The notes: generated from the sequence alone by a model not told the origin. 54,995 nt of DNA from a virus (IMGVR_UViG_3300027418_000012:1-54995), one strand, 5' to 3'. Shown: positions 16,301 through 25,298, counted from the first letter of the stretch. Translations and numbers: made by a program.

Positions 16301-17824
16301 ATGGCACTAAGAAGTCTCAGTACAGGAAAGCAGTATAAGAATGTTTATACTATCCTAGAGAAAGTAAAGAAAGGAGAAATACAGTCTCATTACAAGAACG
16401 ATGATGGAGGATTATTTGGTAAGCTTAATTTTTATAAGAAATCAGATCTTATTAAACCTCACATGCATTATATAGATGAAAGAAGACTAGCCACTGTAGT
16501 AGATGCTCATCTTAATGACCAAAATAATACTACGGCATTCTATACTAAATTTAGTAGAAGTGTGGGATGTACAAGTTTACCAGAAGACAAAAAGCCTGAT
16601 TGGCAAGCATTCCAAAAAAAGATGACAGAAACATATCAAAAGTTTCCTAAGCACTTAAAGAATGACATCTTTAAAATGTTTTATCATAAGATGGATAAAC
16701 TAGATTTTGAAGAACGCACTGAAAGTAACTATACTCAGTATAAGTTTCTAGAGCGTTCTAATAATCCTGTAGGTAAGATCATGACTGAGACTAGTAGTCT
16801 TAAATCAGCCATATTTACCAGAAATCTAATGCATTATTACATTATGCAGATGACTATGATGGAATTTATAGATCCAGATGCTGCTAAACAATTAATGAGT
16901 GGTCTTAATGGTGAGTCAGACTTTGATAATCAAGGCATGGACGATCTTATAAATAAGATGTTAGATAGTAGACTATCTAAAAACATGCTAGATGATGCTA
17001 TACAAGAAGCTCAGAATACATGTAAGGCTATGGATGAAGCTATACCACAAGATCTTCAAGATGAGATGTTTAATAACGTCAAAGATGGAGGAGCTAATGC
17101 AGGTAAACTAAGTCCAGATTACATTAATCAAGTGACTGCTAATATTAGGAGAATCAATCTATCTATGGGGTCTCTTAAAGACAAGATTAAGAAGTTAATG
17201 GATAAGTCCAAGAACTACTTTTCTGCTAAGAAAGAAACTATCCAAGAAGATTTATTCAACTCTGATAATTTAGCAGGCTTAGATGAATATGTATTCTTAC
17301 ATCCTCAATTGAGGAAGTTCATGATTGAAGACATTATGATTAAGGATAGTAAGTCTATAGGTAAGATTAACATCTATATAGACATATCTGGTTCAATGTC
17401 AGACACATGTGGAGTGGGAGATATAGATGGAACAAGAATAGATAAGCTAGACTTTTGTAAAGCATTTGCACTTAAGATGCAGGATTTAGGAATGTTGAAT
17501 AAAATATATACATTCAATAATCATGTAAAAGAACTTAAGACAGATGTGTTTTCAATAGCTAATTTAACTACATGTGGCGGTACATCAATTAACACTGTGG
17601 TAGAGCATATTAAAAGACATGATGATAATGCACTAGTAATCACAGATGCTGAAGATGGATGCCATAGTTATTCAGAGAAAGCTTTCTTTATAGGTGTGAA
17701 AGGTGCAAACTTTAATCACTTTGATAAGAAGACTATACAGAAGTATTCTGAAAGCGGTCAAGTAGTAGTATTTGATGGTAACAGAATATTTAATGTTAAC
17801 ACAAAAGGTGGTATTACAAATTAA
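16301..17824 (+). CDS. VWA-domain protein (ViaA/CoxE-like partner)
   Basis: MIDAS DISGSMS, GGT, VITDAE. Confidence 0.85.
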   Translation: MALRSLSTGKQYKNVYTILEKVKKGEIQSHYKNDDGGLFGKLNFYKKSDLIKPHMHYIDERRLATVVDAHLNDQNNTTAFYTKFSRSVGCTSLPEDKKPDWQAFQKKMTETYQKFPKHLKNDIFKMFYHKMDKLDFEERTESNYTQYKFLERSNNPVGKIMTETSSLKSAIFTRNLMHYYIMQMTMMEFIDPDAAKQLMSGLNGESDFDNQGMDDLINKMLDSRLSKNMLDDAIQEAQNTCKAMDEAIPQDLQDEMFNNVKDGGANAGKLSPDYINQVTANIRRINLSMGSLKDKIKKLMDKSKNYFSAKKETIQEDLFNSDNLAGLDEYVFLHPQLRKFMIEDIMIKDSKSIGKINIYIDISGSMSDTCGVGDIDGTRIDKLDFCKAFALKMQDLGMLNKIYTFNNHVKELKTDVFSIANLTTCGGTSINTVVEHIKRHDDNALVITDAEDGCHSYSEKAFFIGVKGANFNHFDKKTIQKYSESGQVVVFDGNRIFNVNTKGGITN

Positions 17825-19103
17825 TTTTTGAACCTACCACCATAAATAATAGCATAGGAACTTGGGGATTAGTTGAAAGACTAGTCCTCAATCCTATGTT
17901 TAATTTAAAACGCTTGGTAAAAGCGTAGTCACTAGATACACCAGTGATAAATCCCATATCTTGGGAAACCACAAAATCCTTAGTATCAAATAGATACACA
18001 ACAGGACTCCCTGATACATATAGTTCAGGAGATAAGTTTAACCTCTTATTGACAGCAAAAGGTCTAGTATAAAATAAAAGAAGATTGTGCATTAGATTGT
18101 CTTTACTAAAAGACAAAGTGTAGTTGGCACCTGTAACACCCCATTTACCCATAGGGTAGATATAAGCATATGTTAAGAAACTAGAAACGTTTCCAAACAT
18201 CACTGCTGTTGTAAAACCAAAGTTAGATATAGATTCTAACTTCCCAGCATTGAAATTCATTTTAGTATATCTAGAAGAGACAACAAACTGTTTTAGATTA
18301 CTCCAAACCATACCACTTACGCCCCAGGAAGATGCTCCAGTCATAGAAGACTGAGATATTCCCCCGCTAAGTACTAACGCTATACTAGCGTCAACATTTT
18401 GACCTGCAGTTAAGTCAGAGTTAAATAAAATAGGATTCATCCTAGCCTGAGCTTTATTAGAGGATTTAGAATCCTTTTTACTGTCAGACTTTTTCTCTTC
18501 AGATTTCTTTTCAGACTTAGACTCTGATTTAGATTCAGACTTTTCTTCAGATTTAGACTCAGAACTACTTTCACTCTTAGATTCAGATTTAGACTCTGAA
18601 GATGAACTACTAGAACTTGACTCAGAACTTGATGATGAGCTACTGCTAGAACTAGCAGGTGCTGGAGCAGGGGCAGCAGCAGGTGCAGCAGGAGGAGGAG
18701 CGGCTGCTGCAGATGAGGCAGCGGCAGAAGCAGCTGAAGAAGCGGCACTAGAAGCCGCAGATGACGTTGCAGAGCTTACAGCAGCACTTACTGCAGCAGA
18801 GACAGCGTTGGCTGTAACTGTATTGCTAGTTTGTGCAGTTTGAGCAACAGAACAGGGAGATAATTTTCTATAGTCTTCATACACTTGATTAAGCCAAGCC
18901 TGAAATGCACCAGAAGATACATCAGCGGAAGTAAAAGTACGAGACTTATTATAAAAGACAATAGTAGTAATCCCATTGATAGGAATACTAAAAGTGCTAA
19001 CGACTTTTGTACAAGGGTCAACAAAAGTTTGTATAAGAGTTTGATTATACGCATAAAAAGGTAGTAATACTACTAAAATTAGAGCAAATATAAACTTTTT
19101 CAA
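17814..19103 (-). CDS. Exported protein: N-terminal domain, Ser/Ala/Pro/Glu/Lys linker, putative C-terminal beta-barrel
   Basis: Signal peptide then Gln; two Cys in the N-domain; ~130-aa low-complexity linker; alternating amphipathic strands to the C-terminus. Confidence 0.7.
   Translation of the reverse strand: MKKFIFALILVVLLPFYAYNQTLIQTFVDPCTKVVSTFSIPINGITTIVFYNKSRTFTSADVSSGAFQAWLNQVYEDYRKLSPCSVAQTAQTSNTVTANAVSAAVSAAVSSATSSAASSAASSAASAAASSAAAAPPPAAPAAAPAPAPASSSSSSSSSSESSSSSSSSESKSESKSESSSESKSEEKSESKSESKSEKKSEEKKSDSKKDSKSSNKAQARMNPILFNSDLTAGQNVDASIALVLSGGISQSSMTGASSWGVSGMVWSNLKQFVVSSRYTKMNFNAGKLESISNFGFTTAVMFGNVSSFLTYAYIYPMGKWGVTGANYTLSFSKDNLMHNLLLFYTRPFAVNKRLNLSPELYVSGSPVVYLFDTKDFVVSQDMGFITGVSSDYAFTKRFKLNIGLRTSLSTNPQVPMLLFMVVGSKINL
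18470..18800 (-). repeat. Low-complexity coding repeats (SAAVSAA, APAAAP, poly-Ser, SESK units)
   Basis: Visible in the translation and as recurring TTAGA(T/C)TC units in the DNA. Confidence 0.8.
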
Positions 19104-19211
19104 TCACTTTAACTTGTTTAAGATGACTAGATTAGATTTGATTAAAGCTGCAGTTTTAACTCCAGACTTAACTGATCTCATAGCTCTTTTCTTTTTCTTA
19201 GCGTTTGCCAT
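19104..19211 (-). CDS. Small basic peptide (35 aa), not in ORF track
   Basis: MANAKKKKRAMRSVKSGVKTAALIKSNLVILNKLK*; its stop abuts the TTG start of the next gene. Confidence 0.6.
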   Translation of the reverse strand: MANAKKKKRAMRSVKSGVKTAALIKSNLVILNKLK

Positions 19212-19223
19212 TGTAATTAAAAT

Positions 19224-20114
19224 TTAAAACTGAAAATCTGTTCCTATCATAAATAGGATTGGGTTACTCTTTTTGTAGCCAACTGATTCACTTAATTTAT
19301 CCCAAGTTGTATTATATCTGATATTAGTGTTTAATATAAATCTTTTAGTTATTTTCCAATCTACAGATGTACCGTAGTATAAGTCTAAATTGAAATCATT
19401 TAAGTACCCAAGATCAGATGCTGTTCCATCTTTAAATTGTTTGTAGATATCACTCATAGTAAATACTTGAGGTGATATATTTACTCTTTTTGTTTTAAAT
19501 GTATATGTATACATAGCCATACCTCTGTAAGTAATTTGACTTGATGCCGGCATTGTTGGGTATATTAAATCTACAAAGTTACCATCTATATCTACTGTAT
19601 ATTTTCCTTCCCATTCACCTTGGTAGGTCCCCCAGAATGTTTTAGAAGCAATTAGACTATAGCCAAAGGTTCCAAACTTTTTAGATCTAAATACATCTAT
19701 AAATGATAGTGTAATATCTTTCTGAAAATCAAAATCTGTTGAATAAAAAGATTGTATTGTAGTAGTTCTTGTATCTGTATTTCTGCTGAAACCATATCCA
19801 ACACCATAATAATTCCATACTGGGTTTATTGATGATGCAAATGAGTGTCCCCACTTACCATTATTAGATGACTTACTATATCCCAGATTCAGTGTGGTAG
19901 ATACTTGTTTACCAATTATACCCACTGATAGGTTTGATGATGAAAGAACATCTTTTGAAAAGTCAACATAGGATTGTAATATACCTAGGTTATTCCAATC
20001 ACCACTTTCTCCAAATAGTTCTTTAGGTGATAGCTGTAATGTATCAGGTTTTTGTACCTGTGCATTTGATATAAATCCAATCAGAACTAATAATATAGTT
20101 AATAAGTATTTCAT
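19224..20114 (-). CDS. Putative outer-membrane beta-barrel protein
   Basis: Signal peptide (SNA|Q), Tyr/Phe/Gly-rich alternating strands, C-terminal Phe (MIGTDFQF) as a BAM beta-signal. Confidence 0.7.
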   Translation of the reverse strand: MKYLLTILLVLIGFISNAQVQKPDTLQLSPKELFGESGDWNNLGILQSYVDFSKDVLSSSNLSVGIIGKQVSTTLNLGYSKSSNNGKWGHSFASSINPVWNYYGVGYGFSRNTDTRTTTIQSFYSTDFDFQKDITLSFIDVFRSKKFGTFGYSLIASKTFWGTYQGEWEGKYTVDIDGNFVDLIYPTMPASSQITYRGMAMYTYTFKTKRVNISPQVFTMSDIYKQFKDGTASDLGYLNDFNLDLYYGTSVDWKITKRFILNTNIRYNTTWDKLSESVGYKKSNPILFMIGTDFQF

Positions 20115-20830
20115 TACTTAGTAAATATTCCTTTTTTAATCATTCTATCTAAGATTCTAGCACACGCTATATCTAGGGCTTTCTTCGTAGCAATAGATAT
20201 AGTGGATTGATTAAACTTCACTGGGTCTAAAGAAGCATCAGATAAACCTGAAGTCTCTTTAGTAGTCTTAGCCTCACCAAGCCCAGAGGCAGAAATAATG
20301 GTTGCTGTCTCAGCATCTGTAAATCTAACTTGTAGACCAATACGTGTTACCATCATTTGTTTGGTATCACCCTTAATATAAACAGACTCGTCTTCTGATA
20401 TAGAATAATCATAGCACTCAATAGTAACAAAATACTTAGCTAGGTTAATTTTACCTCTACCGTCTAGTTTATTCTCAGAGATGCCCGATTGTGAAGCTTG
20501 AAACTGCTTTACCATACGGTTTTTAATCTCTGTCTTATCCTCTGTAAACTTGAACCTATTAAGATTCTCTAAATACTCCATAGAAATGTTAGCTACGCCT
20601 AATCCTACACGCTTTTCTTTAAGCTCCGGATACATTTCATACATCTCATCTGATATACCCGCTTTAAGGATTTGTATAGGTATTTGTACACCTTCATAGT
20701 CTAAAAATTGTGATATGTCTATAGCCTTTTCAAAGCTAGCTTTATAATTCTCAGTTTGAGTCTTAGCTATCTGAGCATTACTGCTAATAGTTAATAGTAA
20801 ACCTGTTATAAAAATTAGTATGTTCTTCAT
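20114..20830 (-). CDS. CsgG/HfaB-like (curli assembly/transport fold) exported protein
   Basis: Signal peptide; GLGVANI..EYL...NRFKFTE, then IGLQVRFTDAETATIISASGLG pattern typical of the CsgG/FlgT/TolB-N fold. Confidence 0.7.
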   Translation of the reverse strand: MKNILIFITGLLLTISSNAQIAKTQTENYKASFEKAIDISQFLDYEGVQIPIQILKAGISDEMYEMYPELKEKRVGLGVANISMEYLENLNRFKFTEDKTEIKNRMVKQFQASQSGISENKLDGRGKINLAKYFVTIECYDYSISEDESVYIKGDTKQMMVTRIGLQVRFTDAETATIISASGLGEAKTTKETSGLSDASLDPVKFNQSTISIATKKALDIACARILDRMIKKGIFTK

Positions 20831-21045
20831 TTAGATTTATTTATAGATCTGGACCAATATATAAAAGAGAGCCAGAAGCATCCGGAAAGGAAATAGAAAG
20901 TTATATCTGCAGCCCAATATGAACCTGTAGCGTCCATAATCAGCTTGAAGAGGAAGTCGTAGCCAAACGGCAGAAAAAACATGGCTAATAGTAGGGAAGT
21001 ATCTTTGTAAAAAGTAAATCTTTTTATTCTGTCTTTGTAATTCAT
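20827..21045 (-). CDS. Small membrane protein, 2 TM
   Basis: Two hydrophobic helices; overlaps the start of the next gene by 4 nt. Confidence 0.7.
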   Translation of the reverse strand: MNYKDRIKRFTFYKDTSLLLAMFFLPFGYDFLFKLIMDATGSYWAADITFYFLSGCFWLSFIYWSRSINKSK

Positions 21046-21069
21046 CAGGGTCCATGGGAGTTAATTAAG

Positions 21070-21651
21070 TTAACAATGTTCATCCTTGATCTTACCACAG
21101 TGGATACATTCATAGTCTCCATCATGGTCTATATCTGCAAACACATGCTCACACTGTCTGTGTTCTTGATGCTCAAACTCTAATTTCTTAAGCTCAATCT
21201 CATGGTGATGCTGTTCAGCCACTTTATCAGCTTCAGCTTTAACTACATGATCAATCTTAGTTTGTTCAGACGCTCGGCCCGCAGCAGCAACAAATGCATC
21301 AGGAATTAATGGAGCATATGGTTTGTTAGACTCTTTAATGTCATTAACACTACCTATACTAACACCATCTTCCTCGTCCATTTTCTGTACAAGCATCTTA
21401 TCTTTATCTGTATCAGAAAACCAATAGTCTATAATCTTACCATAAGAACCAATAAAGGCTCCTAATAATAACATAAGTAATTCTTTCCATTCACCGGCCA
21501 TAACAGCGTTATTAGATACAGCTACGAATATTCCAGCTATAATCATAATAAATGTTCCTAGTACTAAGCCAGTAATGTACCAGCGTCTAGTCATCATTTT
21601 ACCTAGTAGTTCTTTAAATCCACCAGATTCTGGTTGTTTTTTATCTTCCAT
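21070..21651 (-). CDS. Membrane protein with 2 TM helices, His-rich segment and C-terminal CxH/CxxC metal site
   Basis: TM1/TM2, IIDYWFSD motif, QHHHE, CEH...CIHC. Confidence 0.7.
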   Translation of the reverse strand: MEDKKQPESGGFKELLGKMMTRRWYITGLVLGTFIMIIAGIFVAVSNNAVMAGEWKELLMLLLGAFIGSYGKIIDYWFSDTDKDKMLVQKMDEEDGVSIGSVNDIKESNKPYAPLIPDAFVAAAGRASEQTKIDHVVKAEADKVAEQHHHEIELKKLEFEHQEHRQCEHVFADIDHDGDYECIHCGKIKDEHC

Positions 21652-21678
21652 AAAACTTTTTTAGTTCTTAATAATATA

Positions 21679-21978
21679 TTACCATTTTGGAGCTTCTTCT
21701 TTAAACTCATCACCATCTTTTTTAGGTTTAGCAGGAGCCGGTTTAGGATCTGCAGCTTTCTGATTAATAATAACAGTTTTACCTCCAGCAGGTTGAGACT
21801 GCTGATTAGAGTTAGTAATGTTAATTACAGGTGCAGCCTGTATAGGAGCAGCTTTATCTTCTCCACCAAATAAGGTTGAGCCTAACCAAGCCCCACCAGC
21901 CGTTACAACTGTAGCTATAGTACCTAATATTGTTTTTTTTAGACTAGAGCCCGTTGATTCTTGTTGTTCTTCTGACAT
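21679..21978 (-). CDS. Single-TM protein with Pro/Gln-rich tail
   Basis: ILGTIATVVTAGGAWLG anchor. Confidence 0.7.
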   Translation of the reverse strand: MSEEQQESTGSSLKKTILGTIATVVTAGGAWLGSTLFGGEDKAAPIQAAPVINITNSNQQSQPAGGKTVIINQKAADPKPAPAKPKKDGDEFKEEAPKW

Positions 21979-21983
21979 AAAAT

Positions 21984-22358
21984 TTATTTTATAATTATTG
22001 GATGTTTAACTTCTTTACCTGCTATATCTATAAAGATTAAATCATAATCCTTTTTAGGTAATGCAGATAGGTCATATACCTTTTTAGTAATAATATCAGT
22101 GGCTGTAAAGCCCTCTGTTTTAACAGCCTCATCTTTTCCAAATGGAATTACTTGTACTGAATACTTAGCTCCCGGAGTGGTAACAAACTCCACTGTAACA
22201 ACATTACCAGTTTGACCTATAGACTTTATAGATGTAGCTGTAGATTTAATACCTAAATCAATGGTATTCATTATTACAGGAACATCCACCTTTCTACAGC
22301 TTAACGCTAATAGTGTTACTAAAAACCCTAACCCTAAAACTTTGTCTATTTTTCTCAT
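21984..22358 (-). CDS. Lipoprotein with Ig-like / T9SS-CTD-like domain
   Basis: Lipobox-like LALS|C; C-terminus YDLSALPKKDYDLIFID...KHPIIIK. Confidence 0.65.
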   Translation of the reverse strand: MRKIDKVLGLGFLVTLLALSCRKVDVPVIMNTIDLGIKSTATSIKSIGQTGNVVTVEFVTTPGAKYSVQVIPFGKDEAVKTEGFTATDIITKKVYDLSALPKKDYDLIFIDIAGKEVKHPIIIK

Positions 22359-22360
22359 AG

Positions 22361-24487
22361 TTAGAAATTGTTATAACCTGTTAATTTAATTTGTGAAGTA
22401 TTTAGATTAATACCTAATTGATTTCCTTTAGCATCAGAAGCGTCCATAGTTTGTGACACTTTAATAGCTGTTAATATATTCACTCCTTCTCCTATAGTGC
22501 TAAACTTAAGTTTAAACGGAACACTTACACCAGTGAGAGAAGCAGACTTGTTCTGATCTAATGCTCCAAACTTTACACGACCATCTTTTGTATTAGCAAA
22601 TACATACCATGTAGCAGGTACTGTTGGAATTAACTCTTCAAACTTTATCTTAGCAGGATCAAACGTAAACTCAAACTGTAAACCACTTACATTTAAACCC
22701 TTAGTATCTAAACCTACAGGTATTTCTATAGTGTTACTTGTTACAGTTGAATTTGTTAAGTTTACATCTACAGCACTAATATCATATGGAGTGTTAATCC
22801 ATCCCCCAGTAGCTTGCACTTGAGTAGCCATAGTCTTAAATACAGTGTTTGTCTGTAAACTATTAATAGCATTAGTCTGTACAGAAGATGTACCCCCGGA
22901 AGATACAATCACCTGAGAAGAGTGAGATCTGTTTACATCAGCCCATAGAAGATACTTAAGATCTAATATAGCATTAGTACCTAAAGCTCCTGTTTTAAAA
23001 TAAGCATGTGGTGTTGTAATATCCTTCCAGTTAGATGTAGTAATAGCTCCCCAAGAGCTGTTAGGATCTACATCAAATACAAATTCAGACTTAAAAGAAT
23101 AATCTGTACCATTTGCTCTTATGTAAGGAAGGTATGTAGAAGTGTTATCAGAAGCTTTAGTAAATGTAGAAGGCACTCTATATTGTGCCCAGGTAGCATC
23201 AGCAGATAAATATTCTATAGGTCCAGTGTATAAATCAAACAATTGTATACTTCTAATACTACTAGGTGTAACACCTGTAGGGAATTTTCTCATATCTAAG
23301 TATAGTGTACTATTGCTAGTACCAACAGATACATAAGACCATTCCACTTGACCACCAACACTCATTACATCAGCAGCTTTCCAAGTAGGAACACTTCTAT
23401 AACTAGTGCCTGCTCCTGCAGAAGTATAAGTAGTAGGTAATTTAAATAATGTATCTATTCCTGCAACCTGAGCTAGTAATCTAGGAAGGTCACCCCCATC
23501 TATTTTACTGTTGTCATTAATATCTGCAGCCAATAAAGACTGTCCAGTTTTTAAATTCTGACCGTTAGATCCGTCCAGACCCATAGAAGTAAACTCTGAT
23601 TGAGCTGTAGTAAAATCTGATATAGTGATTGCACTATTGTATATAGTGTAAAGCTTATCCATATCATGCATAACACTAACATCATACACTTTGTTAGCAG
23701 CTAATAAAGATTGATTAACATCAACCGCTCCTGTAGATGTAACACTAAACATTTGACCTGTTTTAGCAAGTGTGTCATAGAAGAAAACTTTTAAAGGGGA
23801 AAGATTATATAAGTTAGAGTTTACATCTACATTAGCTGTTACATACTTACCAAAGTTTTGGTTCATTATAACAGAAGTAGATAATGGAGTTTCCATTAAA
23901 GTAGCTTCTTGATTTCCTGATCCATTCCATGCAGATACAAAGTTTAACTTAATAGGATTAAATGTATATGCCGTAGAAGCAGCTTTTAATCTAAATGTAA
24001 TTTTAACAAGAGCATCATAACTAGTATAAGGCATTGCCGAATTAGTAGACCAAGTAAGTGTACTTCTTAAAATAGCATAAACATTGGTAGTACTATAGTT
24101 ATAATTAGCATATTGATAATTAGTAGTACCATTTGTAGTGGTATTATTATTATTACCTGACGTAGCAGGAATAAAGTTATAACCTGGATAGTTATAATAA
24201 GAAATAGTAGGTGATGAATTCTGAGGAAGAACACCACCATTACCACCAGTACCTGTATGTGCAACAGTAACTAATTCAAAGTTATCTTTATCATACTGAA
24301 TATCAAATAGTAACTGACGGGTAGTAGAGTTACTATTACCGTTAGCATAAATAACATAATCAAAGGTTGTACCTCTATCTAAAGATGCACCACCTACTGA
24401 TGTAGCAGCTTTAAACTTGATTTGGCCGTAAGATAGTGTCACAAATATTGTAAAAATTGTGACAAGAAACAGTCTTAATTTACTCAT
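22361..24487 (-). CDS. Exported cohesin-like / dockerin-like multidomain protein (708 aa)
   Basis: Signal peptide (SYG|Q); N-terminal LFDIQYD and C-terminal IEIPV...VSGLQFEFTFDP cohesin-like segments; Ca-binding loop ADINDNSKIDGGDL. Confidence 0.65.
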   Translation of the reverse strand: MSKLRLFLVTIFTIFVTLSYGQIKFKAATSVGGASLDRGTTFDYVIYANGNSNSTTRQLLFDIQYDKDNFELVTVAHTGTGGNGGVLPQNSSPTISYYNYPGYNFIPATSGNNNNTTTNGTTNYQYANYNYSTTNVYAILRSTLTWSTNSAMPYTSYDALVKITFRLKAASTAYTFNPIKLNFVSAWNGSGNQEATLMETPLSTSVIMNQNFGKYVTANVDVNSNLYNLSPLKVFFYDTLAKTGQMFSVTSTGAVDVNQSLLAANKVYDVSVMHDMDKLYTIYNSAITISDFTTAQSEFTSMGLDGSNGQNLKTGQSLLAADINDNSKIDGGDLPRLLAQVAGIDTLFKLPTTYTSAGAGTSYRSVPTWKAADVMSVGGQVEWSYVSVGTSNSTLYLDMRKFPTGVTPSSIRSIQLFDLYTGPIEYLSADATWAQYRVPSTFTKASDNTSTYLPYIRANGTDYSFKSEFVFDVDPNSSWGAITTSNWKDITTPHAYFKTGALGTNAILDLKYLLWADVNRSHSSQVIVSSGGTSSVQTNAINSLQTNTVFKTMATQVQATGGWINTPYDISAVDVNLTNSTVTSNTIEIPVGLDTKGLNVSGLQFEFTFDPAKIKFEELIPTVPATWYVFANTKDGRVKFGALDQNKSASLTGVSVPFKLKFSTIGEGVNILTAIKVSQTMDASDAKGNQLGINLNTSQIKLTGYNNF

Positions 24488-25125
24488 TTTTTATCTTCTA
24501 TTATCTTGGTTACTAATGAATTACATGCTTTCTTTAAAGCACTTGATAGGTTTTGATTGTTAAACTTACCTCCCTCATCTACAAGTAATGTAGACATAGA
24601 GATTTCATCTGCAGACTCTTCTACTAAGAATTTCTTTTCTAGCTTGCCGTCTTTATAATAAAATCCCTGCAATCTAATTACAACGGATTCTTTATTCTTA
24701 TGTATTATAGATAGACTAGATTGTGTCTTTAGAACATCTAAATAAATTATATCTACCTTTAACATGTTCTTTGATGTAGGATCTAAAGAGATTTCTCTTT
24801 CTTGAAATACCTCTTCTAGGATGTTCTTAACACCAAACTCTAATTTTCTGTTACCAGCAAGATTACCTATCTGTACCTTGTTAGTGATAGCTCCTATAGT
24901 AATGTCTTTAGGGCCTTCATATGAAATATTACCAGGGCTGTTTTTAAATGTCCCGTCAAACTTCCAATTAAACTCATTAGACATCTGCTGAAGCTTTTCC
25001 TGATTACCAGAAAACTCTAAGTATACAGAATAGAACATTAAACCTATAGCAAAGATTAACCATGCTCCTACAAAAGTTAAAAAACCATAAAATATATACT
25101 CACGTATCTTATATAGCACTGTCAT
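24484..25125 (-). CDS. Membrane-anchored CsgG-like/TolB-N-fold protein
   Basis: N-terminal TM; LEFGVKNILEE and C-terminal LSSALKKAC parallel VGLGVANISME and IATKKALDIAC in 20114..20830. Confidence 0.5.
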   Translation of the reverse strand: MTVLYKIREYIFYGFLTFVGAWLIFAIGLMFYSVYLEFSGNQEKLQQMSNEFNWKFDGTFKNSPGNISYEGPKDITIGAITNKVQIGNLAGNRKLEFGVKNILEEVFQEREISLDPTSKNMLKVDIIYLDVLKTQSSLSIIHKNKESVVIRLQGFYYKDGKLEKKFLVEESADEISMSTLLVDEGGKFNNQNLSSALKKACNSLVTKIIEDKK

Positions 25126-25143
25126 CTCTTAAATTTTTGCAAG

Positions 25144-25170
25144 AAAAAAGGGTAGAAATTATCTACCCTG
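25144..25170 (-). terminator. Rho-independent terminator (minus strand)
   Basis: AGGGTAGA-TAATT-TCTACCCT followed by a T-run on the minus strand. Confidence 0.7.
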
Positions 25171-25281
25171 TCCTCTATATTTACTAATTTTTTTAGCCTT
25201 AGGGCCAGAAGTTTTGTAAGCTCTCCCTGTTTTACGCTTACCAAAACTGATCTTACGACTGTCTGATTTTACTTTAGCCAT
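25159..25281 (-). CDS. Small basic peptide ending in KYRGQGR (40 aa), not in ORF track
   Basis: MAKVKSDSRKISFGKRKTGRAYKTSGPKAKKISKYRGQGR*; A-rich leader. Confidence 0.7.
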   Translation of the reverse strand: MAKVKSDSRKISFGKRKTGRAYKTSGPKAKKISKYRGQGR

Positions 25282-25298
25282 TGTGGTTTTTTTAAATA

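Noticed and set aside
18437-19054. Leu-rich alternative-frame ORFs 18437..18748 and 18788..19054
   Set aside because: By-products of the low-complexity Ser/Ala codons of the real gene.
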